Shown: positions 24,941-33,280 of the stretch, piece by piece
How the letters are laid out: every line of letters starts with the position of its first letter
Position numbering within the stretch: the first letter of the stretch is position 1
Source of the DNA: an uncultured Candidatus Saccharibacteria bacterium
GTDB lineage: Bacteria; Patescibacteriota; Minisyncoccia; RBG-13-40-8-A; JAUWHN01
Reading direction: 5' to 3'
Assembly: GCA_964625995.1 (NCBI GenBank)
Contig: CAZVDC010000001.1
Span: forward strand, 1 to 54,318
Length of the DNA stretch: 54,318 nucleotides
Position numbers and translations under genes: made by a program
The notes under the pieces: generated by a model
Told to the model about the DNA's origin: nothing
The model's database searches: none
Seen by the model: the letters and a program-made list of their open reading frames with translations, nothing else

Positions 24941-24974
24941 CAAGCCTTAAAAACCAAAATAACAAAAAATAAAA

Positions 24975-25029
24975 TTATTCCCCATTTTTAGTCGATCGTT
25001 CAAAAATGGGGAATGATATGAGTTAAACA
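24975..25029 (+). repeat. direct repeat D containing a perfect 12-bp-arm palindrome
   Basis: TTCCCCATTTTT (24978-24989), AGTCGATCGTTC, AAAAATGGGGAA (25002-25013). On the minus strand a T-rich run follows, so it may also terminate gltX. Confidence 0.85.
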
Positions 25030-25032
25030 AGG

Positions 25033-25149
25033 GTGGTATAAATATATTATAAATATATAATATATTATAAATATATGGAGTTGACAGAAGGTGGTAAATA
25101 GAGGGAGAATAAGAGGAATAATGTGGAATAGATAAGAAGTGGTAAATAG
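25033..25149 (+). repeat. GTGGTAAATAG-type boxes and AT tandem repeats
   Basis: GTGGTAAATAG is exact at 25091-25101 and 25139-25149. Variants are GTGGTATAAATA at 25033 and GTGGAATAGAT at 25123. TATATTATAAATATA is duplicated at about 25045 and 25061. Confidence 0.7.
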
Positions 25150-25194
25150 GAAATAATATGGATGGGCGTATTTGGAAAATGCTCAAAGTTTGAT

Positions 25195-26706
25195 TTAGGG
25201 CCTATTTATTATTTTTTGGGCCTGTTCTATTCTTTGTATTGTTTTTTTCTTTCCCAATATCTCGGCTATTTCAAAGGGTGGCGGAGAGGCTTTTTTTCCA
25301 GTTAAAGCAACTCTTAAGGGCCAAAGCAGTTTTCCCCTATCCCCTAATTTTTCAGCTTCAGTCATTAAAATATTTTTAAGTTTTTCAGTTCTAAAATCTT
25401 TTTCTTTGATCTCGTTTAATAATTTTTTTAATTTATTCAGAACATTCTTTAATTCTTCTTTTTTCATATTCTTCCACTTTAGCAAATCTGGATTATATTT
25501 TAGTTTATCTTTAAAGAAAAATTCTGCTAATTCCCCTATTTCATCTAATCGTTTCAATCTTTCTTGTTCTAAGGCAATAATTTTTTTTAAGGTTTCCGTT
25601 GTTATTTTTTCTTTTGTTTCAGTAATAAAATATTCTTCTTTCAGAGAGTATGCACCATAAGCAGGAGGATATTGTTCTGTTTTAAATTTTGGCTTTATTA
25701 AGCCATTTTTTATTAAATAAGGAATGCATAATTCTGTTAGTTTAGCTATAGGTTTTTGGCGAATATAATATCCATTTAACCAATCAAGTTTTTTAATGTT
25801 AAAAACAGCACCGCTTTTTTGAACTTTTTCTAATGAGAATTCTTTAATTAAATCTTTTAAGGAAAAAATTTCTCTCTCATCTCCCGGATTCCAACCAAGC
25901 AAGGCCATAAAGTTTATTAACGCTTCTGGAAGATAGCCTTGATTTCTATATTCTCTTATTGAAGTTGCTCCGTGTCGTTTGCTTAATTTTGTTCTATCAG
26001 GCCCTAAAATTAAAGGAAGATGAGCAAATTTAGGTATTGGCAATCCCAAGGCTTCGTATAAGAGAATTTGTTTAGGCGTGTTAGAAATATGGTCTTCCCC
26101 TCTTATAACATGGGAGATTTTCATTTCATAATCGTCTATCACTACAGCAAAATTATAAAGAGGAGTATTGAGGTCTTTAGCTATTGAGAAATCGCCGAGC
26201 AGTTCGGAATCAAATTCTATTTTGCCTCGGATTAAGTCATTAAACACTATTTTCTTTTTAGGTGGTCGAAATCTAATTATTCCCCTAACTTTTGACTTTT
26301 GATTTTTGGGTCTTGGTTTTTGATAATGCTCGCAAATATGAATAGGAGGCTTTTTTTCTTTAAGTTTTTTCTTTCTTTCTTCTTCTAATTCTTCTTCGCT
26401 ATGATAACAGTAAAAGGCCCTCCCCTGCTCTAATAATTTCAAAAGATATTTTTTATAAGTTTCAATTCTTTCACTTTGCTTATAAAATTCATCCCATTTA
26501 ATATCAAGCCATTTTAAATTTTCTATAATATCTTGTTCAAATTTAGGGTCAGATCTTTCAAGGTCTGTGTCTTCTATTCTTAAAATAAAGAGACCTTTGT
26601 GTTTTTTAGCAAAGAGATAGTTAAATAAGGCAGTTCTAGCCGTACCTATATGAAGAGGTCCGGTTGGTGATGGTGCTATTCTTACTCTTATTTTTTTTAC
26701 CGCCAT
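25195..26706 (-). CDS. gltX: glutamate--tRNA ligase
   Basis: PSPTGPLHIGTARTAL (HIGH), KLSKRHG (KMSKS) and a C-terminal anticodon-binding domain. Confidence 0.93.
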   Translation of the reverse strand: MAVKKIRVRIAPSPTGPLHIGTARTALFNYLFAKKHKGLFILRIEDTDLERSDPKFEQDIIENLKWLDIKWDEFYKQSERIETYKKYLLKLLEQGRAFYCYHSEEELEEERKKKLKEKKPPIHICEHYQKPRPKNQKSKVRGIIRFRPPKKKIVFNDLIRGKIEFDSELLGDFSIAKDLNTPLYNFAVVIDDYEMKISHVIRGEDHISNTPKQILLYEALGLPIPKFAHLPLILGPDRTKLSKRHGATSIREYRNQGYLPEALINFMALLGWNPGDEREIFSLKDLIKEFSLEKVQKSGAVFNIKKLDWLNGYYIRQKPIAKLTELCIPYLIKNGLIKPKFKTEQYPPAYGAYSLKEEYFITETKEKITTETLKKIIALEQERLKRLDEIGELAEFFFKDKLKYNPDLLKWKNMKKEELKNVLNKLKKLLNEIKEKDFRTEKLKNILMTEAEKLGDRGKLLWPLRVALTGKKASPPPFEIAEILGKKKTIQRIEQAQKIINRP

Positions 26707-26710
26707 AAAG

Positions 26711-27841
26711 CTAGCTAGTATATTTTATTATTTTTAAAATTTCGTTTACTATTTCTTTGTTTGTATTTGGATTATAAAAAGATTTTGCGTTTTGAGCAAT
26801 TGTTTTTATTTTCTCCGGATTGTCAATTAAATCAAAAATGGTTCTTAAAAACATATTTATTGTAAGGTTTTCCTCGTTTAACACTATTGCTCCGTTAATT
26901 CTAGCCAATGCCTGAGCATTCCTGTTTTGATGATCCGAGGCAGAATTTGAAAGAGGAATTAAAATACTGGGTTTACCTAGAGCAGCGATTTCAAAAATAC
27001 TTCCTGCACCTGCTCGACTTATAATAATATCAGCGACAGCATAGGCGTGTTTTAATTTATCTTCTTCTAAAAAGGAGTATAAATGGTAGTATTTACTTTT
27101 TTCTTTGTTCTCTTCTGAACCATCCAATAGACTTTCTTTTTCTCTTTTTAAAAATAGGAAATTTCTTACTCCGCATATATGAATTATTTCACATTTTTCT
27201 AAAAGTCGAGGAAGTAAATTAAGAATAATTTCATTTATTTTTTGGGCTCCTTGAGAACCTCCCATTATTAGTAAAACCGGCTTTTCCTTTTTAAGGTTAA
27301 AAATTTCTTTTCCAATTTCAGGATCTCCATTAATTAATTCCTCTCTAATTGGATTTCCTATTACTATGGTCTTTTTGGATGGAAAAGATTTTTTTGTTTC
27401 TTCAAACGAAACAATGACTTTTTGAGCAAAACGAGAAGCAAGTTTATTTGCTATTCCAGCCACAGTATCAGATTCATGAATTATAATAGGAATTCTATAT
27501 AGCCAACCAGCAATTACCACAGGAATGCTTCCATACCCTCCTTTGCTGAATATGATATCAGGCATAAACCAGAACAAATACCAGAGGGCTTGGACTAAGC
27601 CAATTGGAATCTTGATAGCCAAATCAATAAAATTTGAAAAGCTGAAATATCGGCGAATTTTTCCGCTTAAAATAAAGTTGCATTTTATACCTTCTTTTTT
27701 AAAAATGTTTGAAGAAAAATTATCAGGTCCAATATACAAATACTCTGGATTTATACCAGGTGTTTTATCTAGGGCTCTTTTGACAGCAATAATAGGATAA
27801 ATATGTCCCCCAGAGCCACCTCCTGTAAAAACTATTCTCAT
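26711..27841 (-). CDS. murG: UDP-GlcNAc:lipid I N-acetylglucosaminyltransferase MurG
   Basis: TGGGSGGHIYP N-terminus and the GT28 layout. It is adjacent to ftsW and mraY. Confidence 0.9.
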   Translation of the reverse strand: MRIVFTGGGSGGHIYPIIAVKRALDKTPGINPEYLYIGPDNFSSNIFKKEGIKCNFILSGKIRRYFSFSNFIDLAIKIPIGLVQALWYLFWFMPDIIFSKGGYGSIPVVIAGWLYRIPIIIHESDTVAGIANKLASRFAQKVIVSFEETKKSFPSKKTIVIGNPIREELINGDPEIGKEIFNLKKEKPVLLIMGGSQGAQKINEIILNLLPRLLEKCEIIHICGVRNFLFLKREKESLLDGSEENKEKSKYYHLYSFLEEDKLKHAYAVADIIISRAGAGSIFEIAALGKPSILIPLSNSASDHQNRNAQALARINGAIVLNEENLTINMFLRTIFDLIDNPEKIKTIAQNAKSFYNPNTNKEIVNEILKIIKYTS

Positions 27842-27845
27842 ATAT

Positions 27846-28970
27846 TTATGTGGAATATTTTGAAATATTAACCAAAATACCCAAGGCTGCTAACAAAGAT
27901 ATCATTGATGAAGAGCCGTAGCTTATTAAGGGCAAAGTAATTCCTGTAAGAGGAATTAATCCAGAAACAGCCCCAATATTGATAAAAGCTTGAATAAATA
28001 TCCAAAAAGAAATGCCAGCAGCTGTTAAGCTTGCAAATCTATCAGGACTATTTTTTGCTATTTTTAATCCTTTTATTGTTAGAAAAAGATAGATGAAAAT
28101 AAGGATAGAAGCGCCTATAAACCCATATTCCTCAGCCGCAATAGCAAATATGGAATCACTTTGCGGAGAGGGTAAATAATTAAATTTCTGTCTGCTGTGA
28201 CCAGGTCCCAGCCCAAACAAACCCCCTGAACCTATTGCTAATGATGCTTGCCGGGATTGATATCCAATACCCAGAGGATCTATATTAGGGTTTAAATAAG
28301 CAATAATGCGGTTCATTCTATACGGAGCTAATTGAACAAGTATTAGAACTAAACCAATTCCTAAAATAACAATAAAAAGAACATGAGTCATTTTTGCTCC
28401 TCCCCACCAAAACATAGAAAGACCAATCAAGGCTATTGCTCCTAGTGTTCCGACATCTGGCTGGAGGATTATAAAAAAACCAATCAAAGAAACAATAATC
28501 AGGAAAGGAATTACTCCTTGAGAGAAAGTTTTTGTTTCTGTCTTTCTTTTTTCTAGCCAAGCAGCAAGATAAATAATAAATCCCAATTTTACTAATTCTG
28601 AAGGCTGAAAAGAGGCAAAGCCAAGATTAATCCATCGTTTGGAACCTCCATGACTTATACCAATTTGAGGTACAAAAACCAAAGCTAAAAGAAAAATACA
28701 AAACATTAATATGAGTACTGCCTGTTTTTGCCAAAAAGAATAATGAACTCTCTGGGTGATGAAAAATAAGATTAATCCGATACCAACGCCATATAATAGC
28801 TGGCGAAAAAAATAATAATAAGGATTACCAGTATTTATTCGCGAAACCTCACTTGAAGCGCTAACCAGAAGAATAAGTCCCAAAAAAATAAGGATAAATA
28901 TAGTTATAATCAATTGCTTATCAGGATTATGGGCCTTGCTTTTAGTTCTTTTAATAAAACCTTTTTTCAT
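27846..28970 (-). CDS. ftsW: SEDS family peptidoglycan polymerase FtsW
   Basis: 10-TM SEDS pattern (QPSELVK, LQPDVGT, PLISYGSSS). It lies between mraY and murG. Confidence 0.85.
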   Translation of the reverse strand: MKKGFIKRTKSKAHNPDKQLIITIFILIFLGLILLVSASSEVSRINTGNPYYYFFRQLLYGVGIGLILFFITQRVHYSFWQKQAVLILMFCIFLLALVFVPQIGISHGGSKRWINLGFASFQPSELVKLGFIIYLAAWLEKRKTETKTFSQGVIPFLIIVSLIGFFIILQPDVGTLGAIALIGLSMFWWGGAKMTHVLFIVILGIGLVLILVQLAPYRMNRIIAYLNPNIDPLGIGYQSRQASLAIGSGGLFGLGPGHSRQKFNYLPSPQSDSIFAIAAEEYGFIGASILIFIYLFLTIKGLKIAKNSPDRFASLTAAGISFWIFIQAFINIGAVSGLIPLTGITLPLISYGSSSMISLLAALGILVNISKYST

Positions 28971-29019
28971 TTTTATTTACCTGAAATTTTTCAATATATT
29001 TATTGAGGAAATTAATAAC

Positions 29020-30087
29020 TTAGAATAGAAAGTTAACATCAATAAAATACAAGATTAGTCCAACCATAGCCATTACTCCGGCAATAACCCAGAATCTCAT
29101 AGTAACCTTTGTTTCGGGCCAGCCCTTAGCTTCAAAATGATGATGGATTGGCGTAGATAGAAATAATTTTCTTTTTTTTATTTTTTTATAAAGAACCTGA
29201 ATTATAACCGAAAGCGACTCTATTACTAAAATAAATCCAATGAAGGGCAGAAAAAGAGCTGAATTAGTTAGCATTGCTACAACCCCGAGGGTTGTTCCTA
29301 AAGACATTGAGCCAGTATCTCCCATAAAAAATCTGGCTGGATAGATATTAAACCATAAAAAAGCTAAAAGTGCTCCAACAATAGCGCCGCAAAAGGTGGC
29401 TAATTCTATTCTTCCTTGAGAAAAACTGATTATTGCATAGCTTGAAAAAGCTGCTAACAAAATACCACCAGCTAATCCATCTAAACCATCTGTTTCATTA
29501 GTAGAAAAAGCAGTTGAGGCAACAATCAGGATAAAAATGGGAATATACCAAAGTCCGATATTAAAGTCGCCGAGAAAAGGAATATGAATAAGGTCCCAAT
29601 CAAGCTTGAAATAAAACCACCAGGCTCCTATAGAGGCAATTAATGTGTAAATAACTATTCTTTTTCCCATACTTAATCCTTTTCCTTTTGGGGTTCCGGC
29701 TACAGCAAAGATTCCTATTAAATCATCAATTAACCCTATAAAAGCTGAGAATACTAAAATACCTAAAGGTAAAAGTGTTTGTTTTCTGGTAAGAAAATTG
29801 AGTTTGTAGAATATGCTTTCTGGTCCTCCTATTTGGGCAAGTAGCCAAAAAATAATGATTATAATTAAAACCGTTGCCCAGATTAGAATTCCACCCATAG
29901 TTGGGGTTCCCTCTTTCTTTTTATGGAGTGATGTAAAAATTGGTGTTTTTCCTTCGGCTCTTATTTTTTTACCTAATCTATATTTGTAAAGAAAGTGAGT
30001 AAGGATTGGAGTTAATAAGATTGCCAGTATAAAAGCGCTGGCTGTGAAAAATAATATTTTTATAACAGAAAACATTTCTCCATTCAT
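29020..30087 (-). CDS. mraY: phospho-N-acetylmuramoyl-pentapeptide transferase MraY
   Basis: KEGTPTMGG, NETDGLDGLA, MGDTGS and HHHFE motifs are present. Confidence 0.93.
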   Translation of the reverse strand: MNGEMFSVIKILFFTASAFILAILLTPILTHFLYKYRLGKKIRAEGKTPIFTSLHKKKEGTPTMGGILIWATVLIIIIIFWLLAQIGGPESIFYKLNFLTRKQTLLPLGILVFSAFIGLIDDLIGIFAVAGTPKGKGLSMGKRIVIYTLIASIGAWWFYFKLDWDLIHIPFLGDFNIGLWYIPIFILIVASTAFSTNETDGLDGLAGGILLAAFSSYAIISFSQGRIELATFCGAIVGALLAFLWFNIYPARFFMGDTGSMSLGTTLGVVAMLTNSALFLPFIGFILVIESLSVIIQVLYKKIKKRKLFLSTPIHHHFEAKGWPETKVTMRFWVIAGVMAMVGLILYFIDVNFLF

Positions 30088-30090
30088 AAT

Positions 30091-31083
30091 TTATTGCCAA
30101 ACAAAAGCTTGGTTTACCCAATTTATTAATGTTTTAACCTCTTTTTCCCTTTGATTTGAGCCCAGAATTATGACATATAAATATTGTCCTTTTTTTTGAG
30201 GATGTTTTACCAAGACAATCATACACCCTTTTGCTTCTTCTGTATAGCCGGTTTTTCCTGCTATCACTTCTGGTAATTCACCTAAGAGTTGATTTGTGTT
30301 TTTAAAATGGTGGACTATTTTTTTATTTTTTGAGATTACTTCTATTTCTTTAATACTAGTAGCCTGCCAGATAAAAGAATTCTTAAACGAATAATTAATT
30401 AATTTAATTAAATCAGAAATATTTGATTTATTTTGAGGATTTATTCCTATCGGGTCTACAAAGACACTGTGGGTTAAACCTATCTCTCTTGCTTTTTTGT
30501 TCATCAAACTGACAAAATTATTTCCTGTAACCATCTCGGTTTTTTCAGCTAAAGCCATGGCTGCATCATTGCTTGATTCTATTAGAAGAGCATAAATTAA
30601 ATCTCGTACAGTTAACTCTTCCCCAATTACAAGATGCCCATTCTCACCATAAGTCATCACTGCTTGTTTTGATATTTTTATAACATCATCTAAATTCAAA
30701 TTCTCTAATACAATATTGGCAGTCATTAATTTTGTGATGCTGGCAATAGGAAAAGATTTTTCAATGTTTTTTTGAAAAAGGAATTTGTTACCATCTGGAT
30801 CAAAAATAGCTGCAGCTTGAGCCTGAATTTCTGGTTCTTTTATAGACCAATCTCTAAGAGGAATAAGATTAGGGTTTAAAGAATTGAAAATATAATTATC
30901 CCGAGAAGATAATTGGTTTTCAAAAAGTTTTTTTTCATCATTTTTAGGCAGTTCAGCAATTGACAATAATGAAGAAGATGCTGGGAGGGGTTTGTTTGTT
31001 TTTTCTGTTAAATAAGAGAAAATAAATGAAAACGCAACAAGGAATACAATTAAAATAACTAGAGAGATAATATTATTTTTCAT
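30091..31083 (-). CDS. D-alanyl-D-alanine carboxypeptidase (S11 family PBP)
   Basis: SITK (SxxK), SSND (SxN) and KTGYT (KTG) motifs, with an N-terminal anchor. Confidence 0.8.
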   Translation of the reverse strand: MKNNIISLVILIVFLVAFSFIFSYLTEKTNKPLPASSSLLSIAELPKNDEKKLFENQLSSRDNYIFNSLNPNLIPLRDWSIKEPEIQAQAAAIFDPDGNKFLFQKNIEKSFPIASITKLMTANIVLENLNLDDVIKISKQAVMTYGENGHLVIGEELTVRDLIYALLIESSNDAAMALAEKTEMVTGNNFVSLMNKKAREIGLTHSVFVDPIGINPQNKSNISDLIKLINYSFKNSFIWQATSIKEIEVISKNKKIVHHFKNTNQLLGELPEVIAGKTGYTEEAKGCMIVLVKHPQKKGQYLYVIILGSNQREKEVKTLINWVNQAFVWQ

Positions 31084-31087
31084 AAGT

Positions 31088-31600
31088 TTATTCTATTTCT
31101 TTAAATTTTTTATACTCTGGAAGTTGGTCAACCGAACTTAAGCCCAATTTTCTTAAAAAATCAAAAGAAATTTCATAAAGATAGGTGCGAGCATCTTCAG
31201 GGTGGGGTTTTCTTTCTATTAGACCCCTAATTAAAAGATTTCTTAGAGTATAACTACTATTTATTCCGCGTATTTCTTCTATTTCTACTCTTGTAATTGG
31301 TCCTTTATAAGCAATAATAGCTAAAACCTCTAAACTAGTAGGAGTTAAGTCTTCCTGGAGGTCATCTTTTATGAACTTTTCAACATAAGGAGCATTTTCC
31401 GGATTACTTACCATTTGAAAACAATTATTTTTTTCTATTATTGCCACTCCCCTTTTTTGTTCTTTATATTCTTCAGATAATCCTTTAATGGCTTTTTTTA
31501 TAATACCTTTTTCTTGCTCTAAAACTTTAGCAAGCTTATTTAAGGAAACAGGTTCACCAATTGAAAAAAGAATGCTTTCAATAGCTGATTTTAAATTCAT
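31088..31600 (-). CDS. scpB: segregation and condensation protein B
   Basis: AIESILFSIGEPVSLNKLA and a tandem wHTH layout, downstream of scpA. Confidence 0.85.
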   Translation of the reverse strand: MNLKSAIESILFSIGEPVSLNKLAKVLEQEKGIIKKAIKGLSEEYKEQKRGVAIIEKNNCFQMVSNPENAPYVEKFIKDDLQEDLTPTSLEVLAIIAYKGPITRVEIEEIRGINSSYTLRNLLIRGLIERKPHPEDARTYLYEISFDFLRKLGLSSVDQLPEYKKFKEIE

Positions 31601-31605
31601 ATATT

Positions 31606-32316
31606 TTAGGATTGTTTTTTAGTGATTATTATATCACCGCAGTTTTCTTTTTGCTGAACACTTATTATTTTTTGTTTTATTAACTCTAATAGGGCTAAAA
31701 AGCTGACAATAATTTCAATTTTTGATTTGCTTTCCTTGATAATTTTATTAAATCTTATTGTAGATTCTTGGCAAATTTTCTCTTGGATAAATTTTATCTT
31801 TTCTTCTATAGAAATTTTTATTTTTATTTTTTCTTGAGAGATTTGTTTTTCTGCAAAACCAATTTCTTCAATTATTTTCTTAAAAGCTAAGAAAATATCT
31901 TTTGAGGTAACATTTTTAGGAGGATAAAAGAAAAACAGAAAATTCCATAGCTTTTCTCTCCTAAATGAAAAGTTTTTTTTATTATTAGCAAGGGCTTCTA
32001 AATGTTTTGCTAAGCGTTTTATCTTTTTATATTCTTCCAGGTGTTTTTTTAATTCCTCTAAATCCTCTTCTTCTTCGGGGCTAATTTCTAGAAAAGGTAG
32101 AAGCAACCTTGATTTTATCAGAATTAAACGCGAAGCAATTAGTAAAAAGCCAACCAATTCTTCTAAAGGAATGTTTTTTAGTTTGTTAAGGTAATCTAAA
32201 TATTGAGCAGTAATTTCTGCCAAAGAAAGTTCATTCAGGTCTAACTTTTCTTCTTCGGCTAGTTGAAGCAATAAGTCTAATGGACCAGTAAATTGTCGAG
32301 TATTTACCACATACAT
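31606..32316 (-). CDS. scpA: segregation and condensation protein A
   Basis: FTGPLDLLLQLAEEEKLDLNELSLAEIT is the canonical kleisin N-terminus. Confidence 0.85.
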   Translation of the reverse strand: MYVVNTRQFTGPLDLLLQLAEEEKLDLNELSLAEITAQYLDYLNKLKNIPLEELVGFLLIASRLILIKSRLLLPFLEISPEEEEDLEELKKHLEEYKKIKRLAKHLEALANNKKNFSFRREKLWNFLFFFYPPKNVTSKDIFLAFKKIIEEIGFAEKQISQEKIKIKISIEEKIKFIQEKICQESTIRFNKIIKESKSKIEIIVSFLALLELIKQKIISVQQKENCGDIIITKKQS

Positions 32317-32364
32317 ATAGGTTCCTTTTTTATTTTAACAAACCTCTTGGTAAACAAAAAGACC

Positions 32365-33165
32365 TTAAATTAAAAATCCAGCTATTAGAGTTATAAGAGC
32401 AAAAATTAAAACAAAATAACCGAAATTCAATTTTTTAGCTATTTTAAGCAAAGTATGAATGGTTAATATTCCAAAGACAAAAGAAGATAAAAACTCTACC
32501 AACAACCCCCAAGAGAAAGAAAAATGAGGGAAGTTTAAGATAATGTTTCCGCCCAGAACAATAGGTAAACTAAGCAAAAAGCTTAATTTTAAGGACCAAA
32601 CATCATCAATTTTTCTTAAAAGAAGCGAAGAGACAGTTAATCCAGAACGTGATAAGCCTGGCAAAACAGCAAGTCCTTGAGCAATTCCAGTAATCAGACC
32701 ATCTTTTAGATTTATATCTTTTAAACTCCTTATCCTCTCTTTTCTCGATGCTTTTAGTTGAATTAGAGCAGTAACAAGAAGCATTATTCCTATAATAATA
32801 GTTATAATTTTAGGAGCAAAAGATAGTTTTTCAGTACTGCTTATTAAGCTTATAAAAACTAAGCCAATTAAACCGCTTACAACAGTTCCTATTAAAAGAA
32901 AATTTAACATTTTTTTCATTTCTTTTGTAGCAGACCTGTATTGAAGACTTGTTTTAATCAACAAGTTTATATCTTTTTTAAAATAAATAAGAGCAGCTAA
33001 AAAAGTTCCTAAATGTAAAAACAGAACTTCTTTTATAAGAAGTTCTAAAGACTGGAAGTTAAAAAAATTTGTTTTTATTAAAAACAAGACCCCCTCTGAA
33101 CTGACGGGTAACCATTCTAAAACTCCCTGTGTAGCACCCAAACAAATTTCTTTCAATATGTCCAT
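32365..33165 (-). CDS. uppP: undecaprenyl-diphosphate phosphatase (BacA/UppP family)
   Basis: QGVLEWLPVSSEG near the N-terminus, PGLSRSG in the second half, and 7-8 TM segments. Confidence 0.75.
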   Translation of the reverse strand: MDILKEICLGATQGVLEWLPVSSEGVLFLIKTNFFNFQSLELLIKEVLFLHLGTFLAALIYFKKDINLLIKTSLQYRSATKEMKKMLNFLLIGTVVSGLIGLVFISLISSTEKLSFAPKIITIIIGIMLLVTALIQLKASRKERIRSLKDINLKDGLITGIAQGLAVLPGLSRSGLTVSSLLLRKIDDVWSLKLSFLLSLPIVLGGNIILNFPHFSFSWGLLVEFLSSFVFGILTIHTLLKIAKKLNFGYFVLIFALITLIAGFLI

Positions 33166-33199
33166 AGAAGAAAATTTTTACCAACTTGAGTTACAAAAA

Positions 33200-33271
33200 T
33201 GCGCGTGGTTGGAATCGAACCAACGCTCTCTGCCGTGTGAAGGCAGCGTTTTACCATTAAACTACACGCGC
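33200..33271 (-). tRNA. tRNA-Val (anticodon CAC)
   Basis: The reverse complement folds as a cloverleaf. Acceptor GCGCGTG/CACGCGC, D stem GTTT/AAAC, anticodon stem CTGCC/GGCAG with loop TTCACAC, T arm GTTGG-TTCGATT-CCAAC, discriminator A, no encoded CCA, 72 nt. Confidence 0.9.
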
Positions 33272-33280
33272 TTGCAGGTT

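Noticed and set aside
24251-25029. A CRISPR array or degenerate CRISPR locus, considered because a Cas2-fold protein is flanked by repeats of about 30 bp that start TTTTAG and end GGGGAA.
   Set aside because: There are only two copies. They are 725 bp apart rather than 25-50 bp, and they are separated by a gene rather than a spacer. No cas1 or other cas genes are present. The REP-like palindromes are irregularly spaced across 54 kb and so are not CRISPR either.
18912-25029. An integron, with the tyrosine recombinase as IntI and hairpin-bearing cassettes as attC.
   Set aside because: The recombinase is followed by co-oriented ordinary genes rather than a divergent cassette array. The cassette-like genes have their own promoters and terminators. 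Only one hairpin pair exists, and no attI-like site is adjacent to the recombinase.
24120-25186. Two minus-strand ORFs (24120-24314, 24947-25186) that share the peptide SPFL(N/D)DRLK.
   Set aside because: The shared peptide is just the translation of the U/D direct repeat (TTTTAGTCGATCGT..AAAAATGGGGAA). The rest is translation of tandem AT repeats (IYNI.., YIYI..). There is no SD and no plausible protein.
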